Below are positions 28,201 through 42,700 of a stretch of DNA of 64,000 bases, in pieces. The DNA is from Ptychomitrium polyphyllum (Eukaryota), in the NCBI GenBank assembly GCA_973851085.1, contig OZ316776.1, positions 10,292,001 to 10,356,000 of the forward strand, written 5' to 3'. The position numbers and the translations under genes are program-made. The notes beneath the pieces were generated by a model. That model was given only the letters and a program-made list of their open reading frames with translations. It made no database searches and had not been told where the DNA came from. Position 1 is the stretch's first letter, and each line of letters opens with the position of its first letter.

Positions 28201-29097
28201 AATGTAGTTTTCTCTTCAAGAGTATGATAATGATTTATCGAGACGGCTTAATGAAGTTGTCAACGAGATAAGACGTCAACGCTGCTCTTACTTGCGGTAA
28301 TTATCCTCATTTGTAGTCTCGCGTATGTATAATGATTGATTTAGCATTTTTGAAGTCTAAATTCTTTGGTTATCGATGTCCTTCCGTCGGGTATGGTGAG
28401 TTATTCCTAGGTTGTTGTACGTATATATGATGATTACATCTTTGTGACGATACAGTCACAGGTTATTAGCAAGTTTTATGAAGTCGTTGTAGCGCTTTGA
28501 AGTTAATTATTTATCAGCCTCTGACGAGTCTGAAGTGGTTTAGGGTTGGTTATGAATACGTAACGTTTTGACTTTTGAATCATTTTTGCAGGTTACGTCT
28601 GTTGAAGAGAAACGACCCTCGAGGTAACACTTTGATTTCAATCCTTCTAACTCAGTCTTCTATGATTGAAGGTTTTGTCAAATGTCGGATACCACTATGT
28701 GGGTCTTGAATTTGTCTTCTATTAGATGTTTAGTCCTGTTACTGCTGAATTAGGTCCATTATACAAGAGTTACGATATTCCCGAGGGCATTGATGCAAGT
28801 TTGCACCCGCCAGGCCCCGCTCAATTTCTTTCCTTCGAGTCCTCTAATGTATTAATATCAGATTCATTTGTACACCATAAATGTCTTGCATATTGTTATT
28901 TACGTGTGTCGTTTTTCTGATTCATTATATGCTGTTAAAGCACTTTTGCACGACGGTGGTACCTGAAGTTTTCGTTTTTACAAGGTGCAGAAATCCTCTT
29001 CTTCAACTGCTTGGTGGAAGACAAGACTGCTTTGGGACTATCTTATGTGGAGTACTTGGTGCAGACACACCGGCAAATTCAAAACCGAATGACCTAA
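19256..29097 (+). CDS. SEC24: COPII coat subunit Sec24 (Sec24C/CEF-like), >20 exons
   Basis: Pro/Gly-rich N-terminus, [28 protein letters not shown], zinc finger ([17 protein letters not shown]), [11 protein letters not shown], vWA trunk ([17 protein letters not shown]), [30 protein letters not shown], gelsolin-like GIYLLENG, C-terminal [26 protein letters not shown]. All junctions checked are GT-AG. Confidence 0.95.
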
Positions 29098-31925
29098 GGT
29101 GTTGGTTTTTATGGTAAACGACGTAGAATTTTATTACAGGGAGTGAGGTCATGTTTGGCGCTTGCCACATAATTGTGTCCTTCTATTAATATGAATTACA
29201 GCACCCAAGTGACAGGTTTTTGTTGCCTTCTAGAGTTGAGCTCAAGGGGCTTGACAATCATCTTCGTTCCACATAATGGATGTACACTCCTTTTCCTCCA
29301 CTAGTTGTAAGCATTTTACTTAGGTCCTGTTAGATTCACATTTGACAATAAATTATCTGACGATCCAGCTTTTCTGTCAGCCATAGCATTTTGCTGAGTA
29401 CAATTGGATTTTTGGTAAATGTAGGCATTAGTGCGGAAGATCGTTACGTTATTGAGAGCAGTGTGCATTGTTCAGGTACGGTTCTATTTTAAGTAATGCA
29501 CGGGGTAGACGGTCTTGGGTTGTATTCTACTAGTATTTGCTGGATCATCTCGCTTCCATGGTAGTAGCTATGATTTGTGTAAACTGCCTGTTTACTGTAG
29601 ACTCTTGAATATTGCTTCTAATCTTCCGTTTATATGGAGAACAAGGGGAAATTTTGAGCAACTCACCGACTCCGGAATTAGCATTGTTTTTACCTTATGG
29701 ACATACTGTTAGTCTCTATAGCGATCCACATGACTCACAGGAAGGCTATGGAAGAGTGTTGGTTGCAGTGAGCTTAGGCAGGTTGTAACCTCTGGGCTTA
29801 TTCGTCCCACCTTGATTGAATTAAACTCTGGCTTCTCACGGTTCCTCCTATCTGTCTCTCCATTCTCAATCGAAACCACCATGCACCAAGCCCTTTCGCA
29901 CCCTATTACTCGTTCATTAACACCATTGTATAAAGTATACAAAAAATGAGGCAATGTCAGAAGCCATCAGCCTAATAAACCATGCCCTTTGACACCACCC
30001 AAAACTTACCTTTTATTGTTTCTTTGAATTCTTGAATTATAGGGTCAAAACCAAGTGCTCCTCACCACCCCACCATAACGTTGTTGACTTGGCATACAAA
30101 GTTAATTTAACTGAATAAGGTTTTAACAATGAATCAATAATGAATTTGTTACTTTGCATTAAAAAGGTGTTTTAAAGGATTATTGAAGAATGTTGTGCGT
30201 AGAAAATAAACAAAACGGTCTACACATGGATACTTCTCTTAAGTTATTTTTAACTAGTATTTTGTTTTTATTTTTTTGGGCACATTCTAAAGTGGAAATA
30301 CAACAAAATGTGATATTGCCAAATGTTTTCATATTTGTTCATATTTTTGGATAGAACTTCCTTTCATCCACTTTAACAAACTTTTTAAAAAAATTGCATT
30401 TTCATTCAACTTTCTTCAATTTTTTTATTAAGTCTCAGTGCTAGCCATTTATTTTTGATACCCTTGGCATTTAAATGCCTTATTTCTTTTAAAATATTAT
30501 ATTAAAACATCAAAATGAGACGAGAATGATGCCATTATTTAAGAAGATTTCTTCAAGGTCTGAGCTTTTTAATGTAAATACAAGTGGGTGCAGAGGTGAT
30601 CCAATGGTGGTACAGGAATTTCAGTTCAAATCCCCACTTCGTGTACCACTGTGGAATTACCCTGGTATGCATAAGACTTCAGGAGGCCTAACCATTTACA
30701 ATGTCAAAATCTGTTTCATCAATTTTGTAGAGAGGAGGCTGGCCTTACCAACACCACAAAAAAATAATTCTGAGGTTCTACTCGGTGTAGTGTTGAATGA
30801 GTGTAACTGGATTCAAACTTGTGTCTTTTGTGATGTCAACCTTACTAGATTGGGCCACCAAAAGTGGCAAGCCAAGGACGAGAAAGAGAATGGGAATCGG
30901 GCCTAAGATTTTGGTAACCACTAGCTTACATAGGAGGAGCAGAGGTTTAGGGACGTCCCTAGTATTACTACCACTCTACTCTTGCTCCTCTGTCCTCTCA
31001 GTTAACTCTGCAATGTGGGCTTGCAAGCAACATACATTACAGAAATCATATGGACAATGGAAGTGATTGCGAGTTTATGTACTAGAACTTCATGAAGACA
31101 ATAGGTACTATGCAAATGTCTTGATTCTCTTATTTGTCCACTTAATTGTATGACTTTTCTTATTCCTTATAAAATCGTAGAGATTCAGCACGTAATGAAG
31201 ACCATGCTGTTGTGTGGAGAAGCGTCCTACCATAATCCTCGTGGCAAGAAGGTTGGCAGGAGGTACCTCGAAGTTATCGTTATTCCACTTGATGAATCTG
31301 GTGACATTAGCCAAGATGAAGAATACTAGATGTTGAATAGAACAGCAAAAGCACCTTGCTCATCACATCAGTAGCAGGTGACTAGAGGCTCGAGCAGTGC
31401 AGCCCCACTTACAAAGGGCGACCATGGTACAATGCACGCCGGTCAATGATCGCATGCTGAGAAATTGCAGAATACTGTAGAGTGCTTGAAGTCGCCGTGC
31501 ATATAGCACCGTTCTCTCGTAATCATGTCATTACATAAAACTACTTGACGTAAGCCATCATGATGTAAAGAGAAGTCGGGCGCAAACGTTGTTCTCAAAC
31601 GAATGTACAAAATAATCTCTGGCATGATTATCATGCTAGTGGTACCATTATAGATTCACAAGCATCCTATTCTATAGACAAATCCTTTCCTCCTTCCCTA
31701 GTGCCCTCTCCTATGATCACTTTGAGAGGTGACCATCACCGCACACTAACAACCTGGCAAAACTATCGATTTCCATAGTGTTATATTATCACATTACCTG
31801 TACTCTATCACACACGACTTTGTGTACGAATCATGGGCAAATAATAGCTAGCAGCCGTCGTATAAACAAGTTGATGTTTATTTCAGCTGAAAGTGAAAGT
31901 GGTCTCGACTTCCAAGGAGAAGCTG

Positions 31926-34900
31926 TTATGCGGACGGCAAACTCAGATCGTGAAATTTAAAGTTCTGGATTTCAAAAGGAGCTGCATGACCCGCACTTTC
32001 TACCTGGTTTGACGGTGGATCTTGTTCCCTGCCTTCTCTTGTACTTGTTGCCTTGGAGATAAAAGACTGGTCTTGTTCAGGAAAGGATGTTGCTGCCACT
32101 GTTGCTGTTTCAGAAGTGGGATTGAGAGTTGTTGGTTTAGATTCATCCAAAGTCCAGTTGATCATTGCTAATTCCTGGGGAGCCAAGTCTTTAATGGATT
32201 CGGGAGACCTTGACATCCGTCTGCAGGCAGTTTTGGTCATGCTTGAGGAGGCACTTACTGCCTCAGAAGACCATCTTTCCTTGCTTTTCCTCCGACGTCT
32301 CGACCTCCTTGGTGTGGGTACTTCTTCCGCCTCTATAAACGATACCAGGGACTTCAAGAAGCTCTTGCTTGCTTCCAACCGAGACATCCTTCTCTGGATT
32401 GCATGTTGCCAGGATACACAACAAGTGAGCCAGCTGGCAGAATTGAAACGAAAAGCTCAAATTACAAAGAATGAAGGGATCAGGGGTTTGGGAAGGCTAG
32501 GATCATAACCTCGCCATCTACTATAGGTCGTCCTTGGGACATCCTGCGGTGCCTGATTATCATGCGCGTCCAGTAAACGAAGCAACAGAAAACAGAGGCA
32601 CATCCAGTGATAAGGAAGAGGCCCCAGAATGTGTTCAACCCGAGCTGAGTGGCATCACGTGCCACATTACGCTTTATGCAACTCTCAGTTTCCAGCCATA
32701 AATCATGAATTCGCTGCAATTCTCCATTCTCCGCTAGTTTTAGTATCGCAGTTGAGAAATCAATGGCCAATTGGGAGCCCTTCGGAAACGCCTGAAAACA
32801 TTCAACCATCACGAAGTCAGTGGAAGTCATGAGTTCTCATCCTAAAATAACTTGACACAGTTTTCCGGCTAATTTAATAGTGTAAAACCGTTAACCCTAC
32901 AGAATAAAACAGCATCTATTAAACGGAAGTAGGTAAGTGCGTTAGTGCAGATACATACAAAGCCCCAGCCACTTTTGGTGAACTCTTGACCCGCAATGGT
33001 AAACGCACACTCGGAAGACAGAAACAACTGAACGTAAGGAAGCTCGTCCACAATGGCGCCAACACCACCATGATTGGGCCCCTTGGTCAACGCGGCTGCA
33101 TAGGCGGCAAGAGTGTCCAGAGGTACGAGCCGGTCTTCCGCAACGTTGAGCTGGAGCAGGTAGTCACGAACGAAGGAACCAGTCTGGTAGCCTATGGGCA
33201 CGTTGCTAGTAAGCAAGCTCGAAATGCCCTGAATTGTAGGCAAGAGCTGCTGTACAGTGAGGAGGGAAGTCAGACTGGCTGTGTATGAGCTGATGATGAT
33301 AAGCACCACAAACAGCCATATGATGAGAACTGCCCTACCCAGCGTGCTATTGACTTTCTCCCCTGTAATCCCATTCCACCACAATCGTCGCCTATTAGTA
33401 TTACCATCACGCCACAAGCGCACACCCAGCTAAACTCTGGAAAACTAACGGCTAACATAGACGTATAACAAGGTGAAGTTAGAATTTTCTGCAGAGGTTG
33501 TTGGTGAACTCCTTACTTTGAGAGAAAAAGAGCGTCGAAAATATGAACCTGCAATGCCAACCATGGATTACAACAAAGTGAATGGAAGAACTTAACAACT
33601 TGGTTAATGTATACAATCAAGGAGAAGTTAAAGGCATCAAGAAAAAGCGAAAAAGGCATAAAAATTAATAACTCGAATAGGTGGGGTAAGAGGACCTACC
33701 AGAGGGTGGTGACGATCTGCTTCTTGGGACGGCCACGAAAGTCCCGATTCTTCTTGTGCTCCAGGAGCCACAAGACGAGGCCCGTGAAGAAGAAGAATGC
33801 GCCGGTGGTGACCCACATGAGGGGCGTGAAAGGGCGCATGAAGGCCCACGCCTGGTTGACTTCGCCTTGCTTGACGGGCACCACCACTGCCAGCCCCGAC
33901 GTTGTGTAGGGCTGGGTGAAGTCCACTATCATGGACCGCTTCGTAGTGATGGTGACATCTCCCACCACCGCGTCGTAATCCTGCTTATGCCATCTACACA
34001 CCCCCTTATCTCACTCGGGCACATTGTCCGCAACAGCTCTACTTCATTCCATCCATCATTTGTAAATTGCTAAACAATTACTGCATCTACTAATCTGCGT
34101 TGTGAGCAAGCTGTGTGTTAGAGAACGGTTGTACCTTCTCAACGATCTTGTTGACGAGGGCGTCGTAGTTGGGGGTAGAGCTCCCATTGCCAAACTTGGT
34201 GAAGCTGAATGCAAGCGAGTAGGGCAGATTGCTGAGCGCTTGCTGAAACACATCGATACAGAACCCATGAAACGAAGTGCGGTTTTCAGAATCCACACTT
34301 GAGCTAACAAATTCTTTGTACCCGATCTTGTCCGGCACTCCAATCACAAGAGGCCGTCCATTCTTGGGCACCACCCAGCCTCTCGGGACTTCCATCACAC
34401 CACCAGGCCAGACGACCGGTTGCAACTGCATGCAATCCATGCACACCAATCGTCAAGAAGCATGTAGTCCGCATCTAAACTCAAGGACGTCAAGAAGAGA
34501 AACAAACAGGCTGCAATGATTACAAATGACATACCCCGGATTTGGAGCTGTGCCCCAAAGTATGGCTGACTCCTAGCGTGGACCCATTGTGAACAGGAGC
34601 GGACGCCAAGCACCCCGTGGAGTTCGACCAGAAACCCACCACTCTCAACCCATTGCCCATCATATTAACCACCTCGAAAGACGATCCGACGAAGTCACCG
34701 CGCTTATCCACTTCCACGGGCCCTGTGATGCCTGTGAACTGGAAGTCCAGGATGTTGCGCATGAACAGCTTGCCGTCGCGGAACACCTTCAGATTGGTCA
34801 GCTCGTTGTTGCCACCGGCATCGCTGGGATACACCGCGGGATCGACGAAAGTGGTGGCGCCGCCCTGGTCCAAGAAATTCTTGATGGCGTGCACGATCAT

Positions 34901-36263
34901 CCACACCGCATCATACGCGTACAATGCATAGACGTTGTTCATCTGGGCGGGGCCCAGCAAGCGATCGGGGGCGTGATACGCCGCCCAGCGCTGCCTGTAG
35001 GCGTCCAACAGAGGCGAGGGCGGGACGTAGCTGCGAGTGCCCACTACATACTGCAGCGCCTGCTTGAAGTCGGGGTCCGCCTGCAAGTAGTCCATGACGC
35101 TGGACATGGCCTCCGTCACCACCCACACATACCCGGTCGACACCATCTGCAGCCACTGCGCCATGATGAAAAGCTCGCGCCCGACGTTGGGCTCCATGTG
35201 CACCACAAACACGCGCGACTCCATTTGTGACAGCTGCGTCAACACTCGCCCGATGCCGTCGCTCGTGATCTTCGGGTCCAGGCTCGCCTTGTACACGATG
35301 TTGGATCCCGCTGCCTTCAGCGCGTCGCCCAGTGCGTCGATGCCATTATTGCCGAAGTCGTCATCCGTGTACAACGCCGTCACCTCCCTCCACCCGTAGT
35401 ACTGGATCACGCCTGCACTCATCATCCCCATCGCCACACCCGGCCCATCCAGAGATACATGGTAAGGTGGAGGGACGCATGGAATCTGTGAAGTAGATGA
35501 TTTGCTCGTGACCCTAAATTTGTATCTTCCCTGGCAGCACTCTGTAACTGTAGGTTGTGGAGGGATTGGGCAATGGAGAAGAGGAATTATTATGGCATGG
35601 AGGTACCTGCGATGGCAGCCATCTGCACATTGTCGCTGTGCGTGAGGCGGACAAAGTAGGGATACTGATCCTCCGACAGCGAGGGGTCGGTGGCGGAGAA
35701 CGACACCAGTGGCACGCGCGTGGCGGTGCCCATGTGCGAGACGAAGTGCGACACCACCGACGTCTGCGGCCCCACGATGGCCACCACTTCCTCCTCCAGC
35801 AAGTTCATCGCTGCAGCGCAGCCCCCACAATCAACATCGTCGTGAAATGCAGGACCTCCACGCAATAAAAGTTTAGAATAAAATCATAGCAGGGTATAGA
35901 ATTTTTAATCAGAGTTTGAACGGAAGAGAGTGATGTTGGCGGGTGAAGTGATTGAGGAGTGTTACCAGCTGCAGCGCCCTGGAAAGCGCTGCAATTGGTG
36001 TTGCCAAGATGCAGCACCAGCTGCGTGGCGTTGCCAAGGAGCGAGGCATTGTTGATATCGCGGATGGCGAGCTCCAAAGCCGCCTTGGCCGCGCGCCCGA
36101 TTGTGGAATTGAAGGCCAGCAACCCGCCAATGCCGATCAACGCCGGAGACTGGCCTGGCGGAGGGCTAACAGGCGCCGCATCAAGCCGGGCACCCCACCA
36201 CGCCCACCACCACATCGTCACCAGCAGCTGCATCGCCAATGCCCCGCGCCATCGCTCCCACAT
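31926..36263 (-). CDS. GLR: Glutamate receptor-like ion channel (plant GLR, GLR3-like)
   Basis: Signal peptide ([15 protein letters not shown]...), ATD ([33 protein letters not shown]), S1 ([26 protein letters not shown]), M1, a 32-nt pore exon 33548-33517 ([11 protein letters not shown]), M3 SYTASLTS, S2, M4 (FWGLFLITG), then a last exon 32393-31926. Confidence 0.95.
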
Positions 36264-36899
36264 GCTCCCTGTGGCAAACTTGCACGAATCCGTCCGCCCC
36301 ACCCCTCACCCACTCTTGCTCCGCCCCACCCCCCAGCGGAAGCAGCAGCTCAACCGTCCGGCGAGCTGGGCGAGATCCTTGCAATCTGGAGCGAGATTGC
36401 AAGCGTGACTTCACCCGATTTGACTCCTCGCCCCTCCCACGAACTGTCAAAGCACGAGCCCATTCAGACTCAGCACACGAGCTGCTGCAGTTACTGCAGC
36501 TCTGACAGAAGCGCAGCAGCTTGCGAAACATGGAACACATGCGTTGCGTGCGATCTTTAAGGTGGTGCACACATGCTGCTTGGTGGCAATACTTTCCGCT
36601 GATCTAGGACTCGTGATGTCAGATGGAATCATCCTCGTTACTTGACATCTCTCATGCTGATCATGGCCTCCAGTATCTATGCAATATTATTCTACTAATT
36701 TGTTGTTGTGGATCAGACAGACAGTACTTTCTCCTACAGTGGCCCATGTCTGTCATCTACTCCCATCAGTTGACCCTTCTCAGTCGTCACTTTTTTTTAA
36801 TGCCTCCCTGCAGGTATGTTTTATGTCGTGTGCATGTTAATCGGAAGTGTATGGCTATTTTGGTTTTCTCTTCATCGTTGGAACCGAATCAGCAAGACT

Positions 36900-37258
36900 T
36901 GGGGAACATCTGCAACTGGATTGAAGCACAAACTGTATCTTGATCAATTGTTGGAAGGCGGAATGATCATTCTCTGGTACATCGAGCGATAGAATTAGTG
37001 ATGAGAGTGTAGCAGCGTCACCTATCCGATGGGCATGCCTACCAGTTTAGTGTAGTCATGTGTAGGTGGTGAGTTGCATAGTCCAGAGTTGAGGGAGTGC
37101 AGGTGAGGAGTAGGTAATTCCCGAAGCAACTCTCCGGACATTCTGATGCACGAGCTCATCAAGGACAAGCATCTCCTTCTCCTCAAGCCAATTGTTGGTG
37201 GTAATTCCTTTATCCCCGGTTGAATTTCTCCCACCTCATGATAAATTTTATGCACCAT
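36900..37258 (-). pseudogene. Degenerate leucine-rich-repeat fragment
   Basis: GIKELPPTIGLRRRRCLSL..C....LLRELP..HLHSL, then MPIG*VTLLHS, resembles plant LxxLPxxIGxLxxLxxLxL repeats, with in-frame stops. Confidence 0.35.
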
Positions 37259-38431
37259 GAGGTGTCGGCCTCACCTGGGCCGTGTTCCTGCAGTGCCACG
37301 CTCAGCTGGTTCATGTGTGTCCCCCAGATTCGGATTGTGGACACCATTAGGAATTATATTGCTTTTTTCATGGTACGGCTGAGTGTAAGACTCATTTTGG
37401 AGATGAACGAGATCTTGGCCAACTGTTGACGGTTTCCCTGATCATGGCACACTCCACAGAGCTTGTGTTGCCTAGATTCTTTCAATCCACTTCCAGGAGC
37501 GTGTGTTGCATGTTCGGATATCTCACAGCAACCAAAAGGTGCTCAATTTTTGTCATGCGGGTGCCAAATTTTGATATCGGGATAATAGAAATCTCCAATG
37601 CTGATAAAGTTGTAGTGCTGTTGACCAAACTTTATAACGTACAAACTAGGACCACTCATTATGTCCCCACCCAAGATCATGCGGTATGAGTTTGCAGTCC
37701 AACCCATAAACTTATGAACTGAACCACTCTCATCTAATAAGCAATAAGGTAACACCAATTTCCACACCGTTCGAACCTCAGTAAACAAGGATAAGAGCGC
37801 CGAATGCAAACATTTAAGATTTGTTTAATAAACTCAGCTCTGTCCTCAAACAAACTACATGAGTGTACGGCGTTGGCACACCAGCTGACTCAATATCACA
37901 GGCTTCGGGATTTCTGATTGACCATTTCTAAAAGGGTCAACTGAAAATCCCTACGCACACGGGGAATAGACTTCACAACAACTAGAAAGCTTCGTATCGT
38001 AGATTGACTAGTTCAGTAGTATTGCCAACGCACCATACAAATGGTGCTCTAATATTACCCTCGGTAAAAAGAAATACAGTGTACAGAAGGCCAGGCACAT
38101 GTAAGAGAGGGCCGAAAAAGAAGCTGGTTTGAAGGATACTTATCAATGACATAGAAGCTTAATCTGAGCTCCACAGAAATTGTAACACGGAAGGAACTAT
38201 ACACACTCTGCTTACTGAAGCCAAGAGACTGCTCACAAACTTACAGTAAAAGTCAGTGTGCACCACTGAACTACCACTAAGAGAGGACCAATGAAAATTA
38301 TTAGCACGACAAGAAACGATGTGAAGATGGAGATGGTTTCTCCTTATGCCCGCAACCCTGTCTAAACTTAATGAACCCTCATGTACCTAATCACCTGATT
38401 GCAAATGTTAACGGGAAGAGACGTAATGGTT

Positions 38432-41400
38432 TTAGCCTGAATTCAAGTGCGAAGGTGAACGATCGAACATGACCCGCCACATGAACGCACGAGATAGGAC
38501 CATTTCCAACTCTTGATGAGTCCAATTCTTGGTAGGGATTGTCTGTAAGAACAGAATCATTTCCTGGAAATCGAGCTGCTGCAATTGGTCTGACCACTGC
38601 GATCAAAAACACCAGATCCGTAAATCAACAGCTCAAATCTGAAGAAAATGGATGAACTGACATCTGGCAGGAGCCACAAGAATTTTGAGCTTGTAATGGT
38701 CGCAGAATAATAATGGGGTTGACTGAAGAGTCTGCGTAAAGGACTTACAGTGAGGAGAAAACTGGCACAAACATATACGAGGTACTCCGGAAAGTTGTCT
38801 GCTTCTGCTAACCATGTGTCCCATAGACGTCCAACAAGCTGAAAGGGAATCTGCTCGAGCAGATAAAGAAAAATGACATTTCAAACATAAGATAACAACG
38901 GAATAGTTGCATGCACAACGATACACAAAGCCCTATTCAAATCTTCCAAAAATATGATACTCGAGGTTCAAGACATGACTATAGAAGCTTGTCAGATAAG
39001 CATTATTTACCTTTGGAAAAACTTGAAAACATGCAAAACCATCTTTCGGCTGTCTTCTTAAAGAGATCACTTTTCTAAAAATATCACTGAAAATATGAAT
39101 GTCAAAGGTGCATCATTTCCTACTTCTTGTCACTCGAAATAATCGACCTAACCTGCTATACACGTGAAATAAACAGACCTCAGACCAAACGGTTGAAATC
39201 ATATACCTCTCGAATAAGAAGGCAGTTTAACCATCGAAATGAAAATTGAAGAAACTCCAACCCCTCCTGCTCCAAATGCTTCGCAACAGGTTCTGGATAC
39301 CAAAAGTCTTTCAATAACAATTTTTTTGTCGTAATTGACCGCTCTGCGTGATTAGTCTTAAGACAACCTCCATAAGATAATCCATCGCCAGCAATGACCC
39401 CATTTTTTCAGTTGCTGCAAACAACGGCAGATGCTGCGCTGCTCTGCGCCCATTTTCTTGGTAGATACCAACATTCCAACATGCTGTACGTAATTATATG
39501 ATATTTCGTAGAAAGGGCTTCTCTACTGAGGTGCAACGATTAAACAGCATGAAGAGCATTGTGTTACAGATACACTTTCGTTTCTACACCCGATAAATTA
39601 TAAAGCGATGGCAAGAGAGAGGGGGTACCATCAATACGGCGGACAAGCTCCTTAAACCTGAATACAAGTCTCTGTATGCCAGGCTGTGCAAATGTATAGT
39701 GGTCTTGAATACCATCTAATAACTTGGACAAACACCCAAAGGAATCTGCTTCTACCTGCACCCTCAAAACCTCCATATCAACAGCCTGTCCTTGACTAAT
39801 TATGAGAATGGATAAAAGAACATCATCCTAAAAAAGCCCCGTACGTTCACAGCAAGAACTAACCTTCGAGATGATGCCTAGAGACAGCTTGGTTAAGTCC
39901 CACATGTCTATATCGCCTTCCAGGTACTCTGATAGAAATACAACAATAAATGGTGTAGCCAAATCATTGATACCCTGGACATAACCACTTGCTGGATGAC
40001 GGATGGCCCTGTCAGAGAATAAAACGAGGTTGTCAAAGCTATCAATTTAGATCATTACAGTAGCTTGCATCTGAAGAAATCGAGGTCACCTTCAAAATTA
40101 AGTTCAGACTATTTGTAGTGAACAAAATACCTTGAAGACATAAGCTACTGTAAGAGAGAGATCCAACGTGACCAATTTAAGAAGCCCACGCAAACACATA
40201 TGACCGCAAAAAACACAATACCATGCTTGCACCTCCTTTCAAGTTCATGGTATCCTTGTAATGATGGTACACTATTAAGTATAGACACAAAAAGCATTGC
40301 ATACCATATATACAAAATGCGCTTCAAGGCGGCCTGTATGATAGGATCCTGGAAAAAGGGCACTTCAGGTAATGTCCTTGGTGCATCCACCCCTATCTGG
40401 AATCCATCAGATAGCAAGCAGGTTATCTACATGACTTAACCTTGAAGTGAGTGAGTTCTGCCAAATGACGTACTACAAGAACACGTTATCCAATTAAAAT
40501 TTTCAAACTATGGAAGAATTCAACAAACACATTTTGAACCCTGTGAATAAACTAGGAATGCTCAGAAAGATGCGCCAGGTGTAAATGCTAAAGGGTGTTT
40601 GTCAGAACCTGATGTAGCATCACAATTTCATCCTCAGTACGATCAGCATCTGGAATATCATAGTATTGTGGCACACAATCCATGTACTCCTGTCGCTTTC
40701 TCGCCAGAGCTGCGTCCCTTCTATCTGCATTGGGTGATGCATAACCCTTCACCCAAATACTCTGTCAGTAGCTTCTTGACGACGATAATCACTATACAGA
40801 CTCCTAAAATCTATTTTTGCCTATTAAAATAACCCAATCCACTGCAAACCGAAAATTCTGAAAAAAAAAAGACCCAGGAAAACAACGGAAACAAACACTC
40901 AGAGACTAACCAAAAGCAGCCGCCAGACAGTTGGCCTAAGAAAGGGAGGAACGCCGCTCCATGCAAGTTCTCGCAGAGCATCTGTCTCAACACAAAATCC
41001 AGAACAATAGAAAACTTAGTTATATCAGAAACTTTCAGGAAGCAATCGGGAACGGCCCCCAACTACCATAGAAGAAAAAAATTAAGTCCTCTAAGAGAAT
41101 AGAGAGCCCAACTATATCAGCTCACTTCTCACGAATCGAAGAGAAGCACTTCGAGGTATTTAACCTTGATCGCAACGAGGTATACAATACCATCAATCCC
41201 ACCAACACAGCACAGCTATTCTAAACAAGCTGTAATCAGCTGCCCATTCTGCTTACAGACGACATGCGCAGAGGAAACCGCCGAATGAAGGGTGACTCAC
41301 CTACATCAACACTTTGAGCAGCCAGAATCTTCTTAAATCTTGCAACTCGAGCAGCGTCAGTAGCTCTTCCTCCTGGAAGTCTAGAGTTTTCCGACCCAGT

Positions 41401-42381
41401 TCCTCTGCTCGAAGTATCAAAAGGGTAGCTAGGTGACGCAACACAAGGCTCGCCATTACCGTCACTTGCGTCGCTTACGAAGCTCTGTCAACATGATGGA
41501 ATAGAGCTTAGACATCACTTAGTAACATGCTCAGCTTAACAATATACTCCATGTAAAATGTACAACAACAATTCTGTATAATGCAGATTTTATATTATGA
41601 TGTAAAGGCGGGACATTTACTTTAGATTCTATTAGTGAAGGGCCTCCACTGTCAGTGAGACTAAAGTCCTCAGCCCCTCTGTCCGAGGTCGATGCTTCGC
41701 CATTCGAGTCTCTCCGCCCCAATATCCGCCCCACACCTAGCAACCTGCAAATGAAGATTCAACTATGAAGGACTAATATCTGCATAGTTTCTAAACAGAT
41801 AATTATTTATCCTACTGTATCTCTATCAAGAATATCGTCTATTAACTGTAAAACAACCCCTTGGGATAATAAGTTAAGATAACTCGTTCATTCGCCTGAA
41901 TCCTGCATCATAAGTATCTAAAAAACCTCAATGTACATAAAAAGATTGCTTTGAGAATTCCTCGTGCCTGCCAAACACCTACATTATGAACGTCACATCC
42001 ACGGAGTTGTTACCCCAGCTCGCACACGCAAACTCAATCCCTTATAACTATGTGAAACGATCCGACAACCTAAGGCTCCAGAGAGGCACAAATCCAAAAA
42101 CTCAAAAACAAATATCAACCTACACAACGACGCGGAAATTGCTTTAGGCGACAGATCCACGAAATGGGTGAGATCCAAATCTGGTGGATCCGTGAAATGG
42201 GTACAAGAGGAGCGAGAGAGACACAGAGAAAGAGAGAGAGCGAGGAGTCGTACCCAGTGACTTTGCGGAGGGTTTGGTTGAGGCCGTTGTTGCGATCCAC
42301 GTTGAAGACCCCTCCGGCTGCCGAGGGTCCGGGTCCGCCTCGAGCATCAGTAGGTGAAGGTGAAGGCGAAGGTGGCTTCAT
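38432..42381 (-). CDS. TBC-domain Rab GTPase-activating protein, GYP1/TBC1D22-like
   Basis: Exons give LRELAWSGVPPFLRPTVWRLLLGY, QIGVDAPRT (Arg finger), AIRHPASGYVQGINDL (Gln finger), VEADSFGCLSKLLDGIQDHYTFAQPGIQ, LQFSFRWLNCLLIRE, RLWDTWLAE and WSDQLQQLDFQEM...SHLNSG*. TAA at 38434-38432. Confidence 0.93.
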
Positions 42382-42700
42382 GTTGCGAGGCCGGCACTAA
42401 CGCACCTGAGAGACAGAGACAGGGCCAGGAGCCATAGCAGCTGGGGCACGGAAACCTAAAAGCATGACCGGTAGAGGCAAGTGCACGACCCTGGCAAGAA
42501 CACACTACAGCACACGCGCAAATGTGCTCGAGTGTCGCTGCAGTGAGTTCCAACTGAGCACCTCCCTGCCTCCCTGCCTCCCTGCCTGAGAGAGGATGCC
42601 GCACCTGGCGATGACGAGGCTGCTGCTCGGCGATGGTGGCAATGGTAGCGATGGTGGCCATGGTGTGCATCCCTCAACGCATCCCACACTTCCAGCTATG

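Noticed and set aside
33517..33548. 32-nt GLR micro-exon as a novelty
   Set aside because: It splices normally in frame and encodes the expected M2 pore segment.
34589..36570. Long antisense and alternative-frame ORFs over GLR (e.g. 213 aa, 202 aa)
   Set aside because: Expected shadows of GC-rich coding sequence; no recognisable motifs.
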